From: Gemmatimonadota bacterium
Lineage (GTDB): Bacteria > Gemmatimonadota > Gemmatimonadetes > Gemmatimonadales > GWC2-71-9
Assembly: GCA_036679605.1 (NCBI GenBank)
Contig: JAZDCZ010000157.1
Coordinates: 1-42,854 of the forward strand
Direction of reading: 5' to 3'
DNA: 42,854 bases
This document shows, in pieces, positions 1-9,110 of this stretch. The translations under genes and the position numbers were made by a program. How positions within the stretch are numbered: the stretch's first letter is position 1; every line of letters starts with the position of its first letter. Below the pieces are notes generated by a model that saw only the letters and a program-made list of their open reading frames with translations, had not been told where the DNA came from and searched no databases.

Positions 1-420
1 TCCCGTGGACGTCAGGTAGTCGACCACGCGCCGATGTGGAGTGAAACTCTGAACGTCCCGCGGGGGCGCCCACGATTTGATCTTCGTACGGTCGGTCTCG
101 CTCGCCGGAAACTCGTAGTCTGCCTTCCCGCTGGCGTCTACTAGACCCGGGTAAACTGTCAGCGAGTCTCCCTCCAGGATCTCGGCGTCAGGCGGAACCT
201 GAACATCGGTACCCATCGCTTCGATCAAGCCGTTTCGCACAACCATCGTAATACCTGTTGTGCGCCGCCCATCTGACCTTACCACCACGACGTTTTGAAG
301 TACGTAGGATGCCGGCTCAGGTAGGGTGGTGAATTGCGCGGCAAGGGTCGAAGGTGCGAGTGCTACTCCCAGTAGCATACCTACCAATGCTGACGTGGGA
401 GAAAAACGTAGTTGCCTCAT
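1..420 (-). CDS. Amidohydrolase-family protein, secreted; 5' part only (runs off left edge; not in ORF track)
   Basis: Manual minus-strand translation from ATG at 420: signal peptide (MRQLRFS...STLAAQ), then YVLQNVVVVRSDG..ITMVVRNGLIEAMG..VPPDAEILEGDSLTVYPGLVDA, the typical N-terminal beta-sandwich plus PGL(V/I)D motif of amidohydrolases. Confidence 0.75.
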   Translation of the reverse strand, partial: MRQLRFSPTSALVGMLLGVALAPSTLAAQFTTLPEPASYVLQNVVVVRSDGRRTTGITMVVRNGLIEAMGTDVQVPPDAEILEGDSLTVYPGLVDASGKADYEFPASETDRTKIKSWAPPRDVQSFTPHRRVVDYLTSTG

Positions 421-616
421 GCTGTCACGTTCCCATCCTTGAATTAGAAATGCGGTGAATAAAACTGGCCGACATGGAAAGTCCATGGAGTGGATCACCT
501 GTGTCAAGCTAGAACTCTCTATTGGCGTAAGCATATCCTACCTGCTCAGCGCTCCTCACCAAGGGTAGCTTGGTATATTCCTACGACTTCACGATTGGGG
601 ATTCTGGAAAAGGGCG

Positions 617-865
617 ATGATTTCGATTCACATGAAGTTGTTTGCAAGGTACGCCGAAATTACCGGCAGCGAAGAGGTGGCGCTGGACCTACCCGAGTCG
701 GCCACCGTGGCCGATGCCATAGCGCTACTAAGGGCCAAGGTGCCGAACGGTGAGCTGTTACCCGAAAGACCCCTGGTGGCCAGGAACCAGGAACACGTCT
801 TGCCGGAAGAAGGCTTGACGGAAGGTGACCACCTGGCACTTCTGCCGCCGCTCGCTGGAGGTTAG
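617..865 (+). CDS. moaD: Molybdopterin synthase sulfur carrier subunit
   Basis: 82 aa, LFARYAE near the N-terminus, C-terminal LLPPLAGG di-glycine; adjacent to moaE. Confidence 0.92.
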   Translation: MISIHMKLFARYAEITGSEEVALDLPESATVADAIALLRAKVPNGELLPERPLVARNQEHVLPEEGLTEGDHLALLPPLAGG

Positions 866-866
866 A

Positions 867-1316
867 GTGACGCATCTGGTTCATTCTCACATTGAACTCA
901 GGCAGATGATTGCTAGTGTAGCGGGTCCAGGCAGGGGTGGTACAGCGATCTTCCTGGGTACGGTGCGGTGTGGGCCGGATGACGGTCCGGTCGAAGCCAT
1001 AGAGTATTCGGCGTACGATGAGATGGCGAACTCAGAATTCGACAGCATCTTGAACGAGGCGCTCGAGCAATGGCCGGAGGCCAGGTCGGTGGTGGTTCAC
1101 AGACTGGGCAGAATCCCAACGGGTGAAGCGAGTATGGCGGTCGTAGTGGCTGCACCGCATCGAGGGGAAGCCTTTGCAGCATCCCGCTTCGTTATTGAAG
1201 AGACCAAGAAACGAGTTCCGATCTGGAAAAAGGAGGTCTTCCAGGACGGAACCACCGATTGGAAGTCGAACGAGGATACCGCTCAGGGTGACGCATGGGC
1301 CTCTCGGTCGCCCTGA
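867..1316 (+). CDS. moaE: Molybdopterin synthase catalytic subunit
   Basis: GGTAIFLGTVR, HRLGRIPTGEAS, APHRGEAF, KKRVPIWKKE motifs. Start placed at GTG 867, just after the moaD stop. Confidence 0.93.
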   Translation: MTHLVHSHIELRQMIASVAGPGRGGTAIFLGTVRCGPDDGPVEAIEYSAYDEMANSEFDSILNEALEQWPEARSVVVHRLGRIPTGEASMAVVVAAPHRGEAFAASRFVIEETKKRVPIWKKEVFQDGTTDWKSNEDTAQGDAWASRSP

Positions 1317-1771
1317 TCGAACCGCAGATCCCACCTAACACAGGAAACATCGCTCGACTCTGCGCCGCGACCGATACGCCCCTGCATCTTGTGGGTGATT
1401 TGGGTTTTGAACTGGACGATCCGAGCCTGGTGCGAGCGGGACTGGACTATTGGAACGACGTGGACCTTTGGCTGCATCCCGCGTGGACAGAATTCAGGGC
1501 GGCGATAAATAGTGAACGGTGTTTATATTTTTCCTCCCATGGTATTCGTTCCTATCTCGAAGCGACATTCTGTGAGAACTCAGTGTTGGTGTTCGGGAGC
1601 GAAACCAAAGGGTTGCCGGTTGCCATGCGAGACAAGTACGCAGACCGCACATTTCGCATTCCCATGAAGGATGCTGTTCGGTGTCTCAACCTCGCGACGG
1701 CGGTCGGAATCGTATTGTACGAAGCAATCAGGAAACTCAACCTTCGGCTCGATGAGAGTCGATCGAACTAA
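1295..1771 (+). CDS. trmL: tRNA (cytidine/uridine-34 2'-O)-methyltransferase, SPOUT family
   Basis: EPQIPPNTGNIARLCA, RAGLDYW, VFGSETKGL, RIPM..RCLNLA motifs. Confidence 0.93.
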   Translation: MGLSVALIEPQIPPNTGNIARLCAATDTPLHLVGDLGFELDDPSLVRAGLDYWNDVDLWLHPAWTEFRAAINSERCLYFSSHGIRSYLEATFCENSVLVFGSETKGLPVAMRDKYADRTFRIPMKDAVRCLNLATAVGIVLYEAIRKLNLRLDESRSN

Positions 1772-1783
1772 ACAGGTAATCGA

Positions 1784-2710
1784 ATGAATAAGATCACAGT
1801 TGTTGGGGCCGGGCACGTAGGTGCTACAACGGCGCAGCGGGTCGCCGAGAAGGAACTCGCTCGCCAGGTCGTGCTCATCGACATCATCGAGGGTATCCCA
1901 CAGGGGAAGGGGCTCGATATGTGGGAGTCAGCTCCCATCGAGGGCTTCGATTCGCGGATTGTCGGATCAAACGACTATGCAGCGGCGGAAGGCAGCGAGT
2001 TGTTCATCATAACCGCGGGCATCGCGCGAAAGCCTGGCATGAGCCGCGACGATCTCGTCAGCACCAACGTACAGATCGTGAAATCAGTGAGTGCAGAGAT
2101 CAAGCGGTATGCTCCCGACAGCATCGTGATAGTCGTATCGAACCCACTCGATGTGATGTCTTGGGTGGCGAAAGAAATCACGGGCTTTCCGAGAGAGAGA
2201 GTGATCGGCATGGCCGGAGTGCTCGATACCGCACGTTACAGGAGTTTTATTGCCGAAGCGCTCGATGTGTCGGTGCAAGATATTCAGGCGATGGTGTTGG
2301 GAGGGCATGGTGACACCATGGTACCGCTCATTTCCTATACGACCGTCTCGGGTATTCCCGTCACCCAACTGATGGAACGGAAGTCCCTCGATGCAATTGT
2401 GGAGCGCACGCGCAAGGGCGGTGCCGAGATCGTGGGCTACTTGAAGACCGGTTCAGCATACTACGCGCCGTCTGCGGCGGCGGCCGAGATGGCGGAATCG
2501 ATTGCGCGAGACAAGAAACGTGTGTTGCCTTGTGCCGCCTGGATGCAGGGCGAATATGGCATCGAGGGTCTCTACCTAGGAGTTCCCTGCAAATTGGGAG
2601 CGAACGGGTTGGAACAAATCATAGAAGTGGAGTTGAGCAGCAAGGAATCGGTGGAACTTCGCAAATCGGCCGACGCAGTGAGGGGCACCATGGAGGGAGT
2701 AACGATCTAA
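1784..2710 (+). CDS. mdh: Malate dehydrogenase (LDH-like)
   Basis: GAGHVG Rossmann motif, [15 protein letters not shown] substrate loop with Arg, VLGGHGD, GSAYYAP. Confidence 0.95.
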   Translation: MNKITVVGAGHVGATTAQRVAEKELARQVVLIDIIEGIPQGKGLDMWESAPIEGFDSRIVGSNDYAAAEGSELFIITAGIARKPGMSRDDLVSTNVQIVKSVSAEIKRYAPDSIVIVVSNPLDVMSWVAKEITGFPRERVIGMAGVLDTARYRSFIAEALDVSVQDIQAMVLGGHGDTMVPLISYTTVSGIPVTQLMERKSLDAIVERTRKGGAEIVGYLKTGSAYYAPSAAAAEMAESIARDKKRVLPCAAWMQGEYGIEGLYLGVPCKLGANGLEQIIEVELSSKESVELRKSADAVRGTMEGVTI

Positions 2711-2717
2711 CCGGCGG

Positions 2718-3128
2718 TCAGTCCCCTTCGTACTCAACATAATTGCGCGGGGTCTCCCATAGCACGAGCCTCTTGAGCCTCCCGGGGAGGTGGCCGTCGA
2801 GTAGCCGCCAGATAACTACTACAATGTTTTCGGCGGTGGGGTTGGTGTTACTGAACTCAGGGACGTCCAAATTGAGGTTCTTGTGATCTAGTAGCACCAG
2901 TACTCGTTCTTCGACGATACGCTTAATTTCACCCAGATCCGCTACATAACCGGTCTCCTCGCTTACTTCACCCTCTACGGAGACGTCTAGCTCGTAGTTG
3001 TGTCCGTGATAGTTGGGATTGCTGCAGGGGCCAAAAATCCGGGCGTTATCCTCGTCCGAAAGTGCGGGGTCGTGCAATCTATGTGCAGCACTGAAGTGCA
3101 CTCGGCGGGTGACGGTGAGACGCGGCAT
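2718..3128 (-). CDS. queD: 6-carboxytetrahydropterin synthase / PTPS family
   Basis: FSAAHRL, C-x-NPNYHGHNY, LDHKNLN, PTAENI, WETPRN motifs. Confidence 0.88.
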   Translation of the reverse strand: MPRLTVTRRVHFSAAHRLHDPALSDEDNARIFGPCSNPNYHGHNYELDVSVEGEVSEETGYVADLGEIKRIVEERVLVLLDHKNLNLDVPEFSNTNPTAENIVVVIWRLLDGHLPGRLKRLVLWETPRNYVEYEGD

Positions 3129-3532
3129 ATGCCTTGATCGGGCGCGAACGCTATTGCGAGCGAGCCGAGTGCACAGCTTCGGTCATGTGCCAGAAGCCGA
3201 TCCCACCAGGCCGGTGTCGCACGTCCACACTTGCCACACATTGCGCCGAGCCGAGGTCAATGAAGTCTACCCTTCGTTCGGTACCCAACCCCTCGCTCAC
3301 GAGTCCTATCTGTCTAAGGTGCATTACCCACATTTCTAAGGTGATCGATAATCTCTTTGCTCACGTGACAAGATACCTACCAACAAATGTATCCTCAGAC
3401 GGTCTTCGGTTTTTGGCGGGCAACCGAACCGGCGCGCGACAGATTCGTCGAGGGCACCCGCAACTTGGCTGACAAACGATGTTGACCGTGAGCTAGTTTG
3501 TTGCTACGTTTGAAGTTACGTCCAGTGATGCA

Positions 3533-4558
3533 ATGACCATGGTCCTCACCGCGCGGCTCACCGCCGCAATTTTCCTCGTCGCAGTGCCACCACTCGTCGC
3601 CCAGAATGATGGGTTGGACTTGAGCGTAGGTAGCTGGTGGCACAACGATTCCTCTAGTGTCATTTACTCAGCCACCTACTACCAGGCTTTGCTGGGACCA
3701 CTCACATACGGCATCGGAGCTACTCACCAGTACCAGGTTTCGGGATCCCGGCAGATGAGGCAGAGTGGTGGGGAGTTCTCCCTCGCGCTTTGGCGTAGCG
3801 GCTCAGGTCCCTATGTGCTTGCCAGTGTGGGATTGGGGGTTCCGCACGCTAGCCCCAATCTCGATGCCCAGTGGAGCGCCGGCGGTGGTTATGCTCTCCA
3901 GCCATTCAAGTCCCTATCGTTGGGAGTCGAGGCAAGGTACCGGGTCGAAGACGCCAATGTCCGGGGCTTCTGGCGGCTACGCCGAATTGACCGGCGCGGC
4001 CTCACTATCTCGGGACGCCTGTCTGTTCGGTTACCATCGCGGTCTCGCCGGCCCGCACCGCGTCCAAATAGGGCGGGGGAGGGCGGTCCCAAGAACGGCG
4101 AGTATACTCCTCCGAGCGAATCGGACATAGCCCGGAGCGCCGGGGGCGACGGCGCCGGGAAAGAGGTTGTCAATCTCAGGGGCGGAGTGGTGCAAACAGC
4201 GCTTTCGGTCATGGGCACGCCATACCGATGGGGCGGTACCGACGCAAACGGTTTCGACTGTTCGGGTCTCATAAAATACTCCTATGGCGAGCATGGGCTT
4301 ATCATTCCTCGGGTCAGTCGGGACCAAGCGAGGACTGGTCTGCGAGTTGCGCTGTCGCTAGAGGAGTTGCTGCCTGGTGATATCCTTGGATTCTCTGTGG
4401 AGAGAGCTGGGGTCACTCATGTGGGACTCTATGTGGGAGACGGCAAGTTCATACACAGCGCATCTAGCGGTGTGAAAATTTCGAGTCTAGCTGGGACCGA
4501 GTCGGAGAGCGGGTGGTGGCGGGCGCGGTGGGTCGCAGCTCGACGTCTAATCAATTGA
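3533..4558 (+). CDS. Secreted NlpC/P60 (C40) peptidase with an N-terminal predicted outer-membrane beta-barrel domain
   Basis: Signal peptide; C-terminal GTPYRWGG-FDCSG-HVGLY-FIHSAS catalytic motifs; N-terminal alternating amphipathic strands rich in aromatic residues and Gly. Confidence 0.85.
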   Translation: MTMVLTARLTAAIFLVAVPPLVAQNDGLDLSVGSWWHNDSSSVIYSATYYQALLGPLTYGIGATHQYQVSGSRQMRQSGGEFSLALWRSGSGPYVLASVGLGVPHASPNLDAQWSAGGGYALQPFKSLSLGVEARYRVEDANVRGFWRLRRIDRRGLTISGRLSVRLPSRSRRPAPRPNRAGEGGPKNGEYTPPSESDIARSAGGDGAGKEVVNLRGGVVQTALSVMGTPYRWGGTDANGFDCSGLIKYSYGEHGLIIPRVSRDQARTGLRVALSLEELLPGDILGFSVERAGVTHVGLYVGDGKFIHSASSGVKISSLAGTESESGWWRARWVAARRLIN

Positions 4559-4577
4559 CCGATGACTAGGAACAAAA

Positions 4578-5141
4578 TTGGCCTGGATCCGTTCGATTGA
4601 CGCAAGTGAAGCGACCGGGAGGTTGCGCGAACTCTACGATCCGCTAAAAACGCGGTTCGGCGTAGACCATATTTTGACTGTTCATTCGCTAAACCCGGAG
4701 ACAGTGCGGTACCACCACGATTATTACGCCCATCTGATGCGAGGTCCGTCGAACCTATCCAGGATCGAACGTGAGATGATAGCGGTGGTGGTGTCCGGCG
4801 CTAACGAGTGCACTTACTGAATGAAGCATCACGGGGCGGGCCTCCGTAAGCTGATTAGGGATGAGGAAAAGGTGGCGGCGATCGAGACGGACTACGCTAG
4901 GGCTCCGATTTCGCAGCGCGAGAGGGCCATCTTGGATTATGCTTCGAAGCTGACCTTGAGGTCTGCTGAGTTGGAATCACAGGACGTGGACACCCTAAGG
5001 ACTGCTGGATTGGGGGACGACGAAATCCTGGATGTGTGCCAGGTGACTTCCTATTACAACTTCGTCAACCGCATGGCACTGGGTCTGGGGGTCGAGCTTG
5101 AGGAGTACTGGACTCCGAAGGGCAGTAGGGGAGGCAATTAG
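4578..5141 (+). CDS. AhpD/carboxymuconolactone-decarboxylase-like peroxidase-related protein; probable selenoprotein (UGA at 4818-4820 = Sec, 187 aa)
   Basis: ORFs 4578-4820 and 4821-5141 are the same frame, separated only by TGA. The read-through LSRIEREMIAVVVSGANEC-T-Y-U-MKHHG puts UGA at the second Cys of the AhpD CxxC. The C-terminal half (EILDVCQVTSYYNFVNRMALGLG) completes the fold. Confidence 0.88.
4831..4847 (+). promoter_or_regulatory. Candidate bacterial SECIS hairpin
   Basis: After the UGA and a 10-nt spacer: ACGG-GG-CGGG-CC-T-CCGT folds into a GC-rich stem with a G-rich apical loop and a bulged or wobble U. Spacing resembles known bacterial SECIS elements. Confidence 0.65.
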
Positions 5142-5204
5142 CGGGGCACCTAGAGTGCCTTTGCGTGTAATTCACAATATCTTTCAAACTTTGAGGCGGC
5201 AAAA

Positions 5205-6413
5205 ATGATCGAACGTTGGCGTGTGGGATGGATGGTCCTAGGGCTCCCCGTTTTCTTTGGCATGGCTTGTCTCGGTGGCGATTCCTTCTCGATTAGTAAT
5301 CCGCTCCCCGGAGCCGATTCCATAGTGCTGACATTCCGCTCTGTTACTGTAGGGGGGTTGCACTCCTGCGCCGTGACTACTGCGAATGCCGCGTATTGTT
5401 GGGGGGCAAATGGCTTGGGGCAGTTGGGCGTGGGCGATCAGGATAACAGATTCCAGCCATGGCCAGTGGCAGGAGGACGCGTTTTCAAAGAGCTTTCGGG
5501 GGGGGGGACGTTTACCTGCGGACTTGCCACTGGCAGCGGTACTGGGGCCCTGGCGTTCTGTTGGGGAAGCAACGATCAGGGACAACTGGGCATTGGAGAT
5601 CTCACGTTTATCAATGTAGCGCCCACCTCGATAGATGACCCGTTGTTCAATGCCGTTTCGGCAGGTGGCGCACACGGGTGTGGAATCTCCACAGATCGCA
5701 GCGCCTGGTGCTGGGGATCACAGTCTGAGGGAAGGCTGGGCAACGGAGAATCGGGGCCAACTCCACGGCTGGTTCCAGTGCAGGTCTTGGGGGACCTCAG
5801 CTTTACCGACATATCTGCTGGTGCGAACCACACGTGCGCGATAACGGAGGACACCGCGGCATACTGCTGGGGAGTGGGCGACGAGAGTCAATTAGGGAAC
5901 GGGGATCGTAGCAGTAGCGACATGCCGGTTGCTGTTTCCGGAAACCTGGAGTTGCGGCAGATCTCGGCTGGAGAATCCCATACGTGTGCGATCACGTTAG
6001 ATGGCGACGCCTATTGCTGGGGTCTGGGTACCGTTGGGCAGTTGGGAGTGAGTGGTGTGGGACGCAGTGATGTTCCGATCATGATCTCCGGCGGCTTCAC
6101 GTTCCTGTCGATCTCCGCCGGTGGGAACTACACCTGTGGTACCACGGTGACGATGGAGGCCTATTGCTGGGGGGGCAACGATTCCGGTCAGCTGGGTGAT
6201 GGAACGGTGGTCAACAGGGCAGAGCCTGTCCTCGTTCTTGGGAACATCGAGTTCGAGTCGGTCAGTGCCGGGAAAGCGGTTTTGACCTCTGCAAGCTGCG
6301 GGATCAGCATCGACAATATTGTCTACTGCTGGGGTTTTGGTGGCACTGGCCAGCTCGGTGATGGCACGGGAGACCTTAGCGCGGTCCCGGTGCGGGTGGC
6401 GTTCCAAAGATGA
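5205..6413 (+). CDS. RCC1-repeat (beta-propeller) protein, probable lipoprotein
   Basis: About seven repeats of 'SAGxxHTCAIT...AYCWG.N..GQLG.G'; lipobox-like FFGMAC. Confidence 0.9.
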   Translation: MIERWRVGWMVLGLPVFFGMACLGGDSFSISNPLPGADSIVLTFRSVTVGGLHSCAVTTANAAYCWGANGLGQLGVGDQDNRFQPWPVAGGRVFKELSGGGTFTCGLATGSGTGALAFCWGSNDQGQLGIGDLTFINVAPTSIDDPLFNAVSAGGAHGCGISTDRSAWCWGSQSEGRLGNGESGPTPRLVPVQVLGDLSFTDISAGANHTCAITEDTAAYCWGVGDESQLGNGDRSSSDMPVAVSGNLELRQISAGESHTCAITLDGDAYCWGLGTVGQLGVSGVGRSDVPIMISGGFTFLSISAGGNYTCGTTVTMEAYCWGGNDSGQLGDGTVVNRAEPVLVLGNIEFESVSAGKAVLTSASCGISIDNIVYCWGFGGTGQLGDGTGDLSAVPVRVAFQR

Positions 6414-6458
6414 TCTAGGTTCTGGCCATTACGGCTCGGATCGGATAGGGGGACCGCC

Positions 6459-6488
6459 TTGACAGGGGCGTGTTCCCCTCTTTAGTTT
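6459..6488 (+). promoter_or_regulatory. Sigma70-type promoter of groESL
   Basis: TTGACA (6459-6464), 18-nt spacer, TAGTTT (6483-6488), directly upstream of CIRCE. Confidence 0.6.
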
Positions 6489-6498
6489 CCCGATCTTG

Positions 6499-6525
6499 TT
6501 AGCAATCTCGACCGATGAGTGCTAA
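6499..6525 (+). promoter_or_regulatory. CIRCE element (HrcA operator)
   Basis: TTAGCAATC-N9-GAGTGCTAA, one mismatch to TTAGCACTC-N9-GAGTGCTAA, upstream of groES. Confidence 0.93.
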
Positions 6526-6579
6526 CAAGATCGTAACTCAACTGACCACATTAACTTAGGTTGACGGAGGGCGACAGCC

Positions 6580-6894
6580 ATGGCCACTGCCACAAAGAGC
6601 AAGTCGAAGGTGAAGATCCAGCCTTTGGCCGACCGCGTAGTGATACTGCCCCTGGACGAAGCGGCGGAAATGCGCGGCGGGCTCTACATCCCGGACACCG
6701 CCAAAGAGAAGCCACAGCAAGGCGAGATCGTTGCGGCCGGTCCGGGGCGAATTGAGAAGGGCGACCGGGTTCCAATGGAACTCAAGGTCGGACAGAAAGT
6801 GCTTTACGGCAAATACACCGGGACCGAGATCACCTTGGACGACGAGCAGTATCTCATCGTCAAGGAATCTGACGTACTCGCCATCATCGACTGA
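6580..6894 (+). CDS. groES: Co-chaperonin GroES
   Basis: IQPLADRVVI, GGLYIPDTAKEKPQQGEIVAAGPG; GGAGG ribosome-binding site. Confidence 0.98.
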   Translation: MATATKSKSKVKIQPLADRVVILPLDEAAEMRGGLYIPDTAKEKPQQGEIVAAGPGRIEKGDRVPMELKVGQKVLYGKYTGTEITLDDEQYLIVKESDVLAIID

Positions 6895-6929
6895 GCGGAT
6901 TGTCCGCACGAACATTGAGGAGACTTTAA

Positions 6930-8570
<1,641 letters not shown>

Positions 8571-8601
8571 CCACCGATCGCCAGCATCCGATAGAACGTT
8601 C

Positions 8602-8635
8602 GCGCCCCGAGGAGTTCCTCGGGGCGCTTCGTTTT
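8602..8635 (+). terminator. Intrinsic terminator after groEL
   Basis: GCGCCCCGAGG-agtt-CCTCGGGGCGC perfect 11-bp stem followed by TTCGTTTT. Confidence 0.85.
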
Positions 8636-8684
8636 GGGATCTCTGTGTGGCGCACAGGGCCGGGCGTGGATAGTTTGGAGGTGG

Positions 8685-9110
8685 ATGAGACACCTGCTAC
8701 TCGCATTGGGACTCCTCGGGCTCCTGGGAGGACTTACGCCCCTTTGGGCGCAGAAGCCGCTCCCCGATATTTCCGGAACATGGCAAGTCGATACGCCGGA
8801 TGGGCCGGAGAACTTTGTTGTGCGTGCTGATTCGTCGGCGAGTTTCGGGGAGGAGACTGTGCGTTGGAGACTGGCCCAGGACACGCTCTATATCCTTTTT
8901 GGTGAAGAGTGGGTTGGGTATCATTTTCGTCTCAAAGGGAAACAAATGACGTTGTCGGGAGGAGATCTGGAAGAACCTGTCATCTTGAGGCGGGTGGGTC
9001 CCGTTGCAGAGCCGCCGGGAAGCCGGAGTGGCGAAAGTCACCTTCTCCGATCCGCCGAACATGCCCGAGAAGTTCCTCGGGTTTCGCCCGGTCATAATGA
9101 GCTAGAGTGA
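8685..9110 (+). CDS. Hypothetical secreted small beta-strand-rich protein
   Basis: GGAGG RBS before ATG 8685; signal peptide MRHLLLALGLLGLLGGLTPLWA; DISGTWQV start typical of lipocalin-like hypotheticals. Confidence 0.7.
   Translation: MRHLLLALGLLGLLGGLTPLWAQKPLPDISGTWQVDTPDGPENFVVRADSSASFGEETVRWRLAQDTLYILFGEEWVGYHFRLKGKQMTLSGGDLEEPVILRRVGPVAEPPGSRSGESHLLRSAEHAREVPRVSPGHNELE

Noticed and set aside
421..616. Possible Moco riboswitch upstream of moaD (hairpin CATGGA-aag-TCCATG; extended -10 TGGTATATT at 571-579)
   Set aside because: Only one short hairpin, which lies upstream of the likely -10. I could not find the multi-stem Moco motif; an Rfam scan would be needed.
3129..3532. 400-bp gap between queD and the NlpC/P60 gene, with several short ORFs
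   Set aside because: No ORF has a recognisable motif or RBS, and no preQ1-type riboswitch pattern is evident; left as a divergent intergenic region.
4821..5141. Separate 106-aa gene, or pseudogene interpretation of the AhpD-like locus
   Set aside because: The UGA falls at the catalytic Cys position, a SECIS-like stem follows and tRNA-Sec is present, so read-through is more parsimonious.
5340..6400. Repeated TGCTGGGG-like DNA motifs suggesting a repeat array
   Set aside because: They are the YCWG codons of RCC1 protein repeats, not CRISPR or a non-coding array.
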